64,000 nt of DNA, taken from positions 28,479 to 92,478 of the forward strand of contig NIVC01002969.1 in NCBI GenBank assembly GCA_002269645.1, in the 5' to 3' direction. Positions 63,928 to 64,000 of the stretch are shown one piece after another. The translations under genes and the position numbers were made by a program. The stretch is from Macrostomum lignano (Eukaryota). The notes beneath the pieces were generated by a model. The model searched no databases and was not told where the DNA came from. It worked only from the letters and a program-made list of their open reading frames with translations. Numbering within the stretch: the first letter of the stretch is position 1; every line of letters begins with the position of its first letter.

Positions 63928-64000
63928 GTGAGCATGAGCATGAGTGCTATGAGTGCTAGTACGAGTACGAGTTATCAGTATCAGTATCTGTATCCGGAGC

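Overview
Intron-rich eukaryotic (metazoan) DNA. GC-rich exons, short GT-AG introns and abundant intronic minisatellites resemble the flatworm Macrostomum lignano (inference, not verified). I reconstructed these genes by hand from splice sites and phase accounting: the 3' end of AMPK alpha (+); a secreted or membrane JmjC/cupin-like gene (-); a 30-exon, ~2450-aa polycystin-1-like gene (+) with signal peptide, extracellular PLAT, 13 TSP1 repeats, a Cys-free GPS, intracellular PLAT and a PKD channel; Rab2 (-), whose 10.5-kb first intron holds a TIR element, a gag-less BEL/Pao LTR element and a decayed Gypsy; a SYD-1/SYDE C2-RhoGAP (-); an unknown decayed spliced gene (-) with a LOA/R1-type LINE remnant in an intron; and the 5' part of a long-chain acyl-CoA synthetase (+). 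Three signals stand out: tandem arrays whose unit contains an authentic splice site, a ~140-bp mitochondrial tRNA-Trp/tRNA-Thr insert inside a minisatellite, and the unusual polycystin ectodomain. Several 1-bp homopolymer indels suggest consensus errors. All coordinates were counted by hand; repeat ends are approximate.
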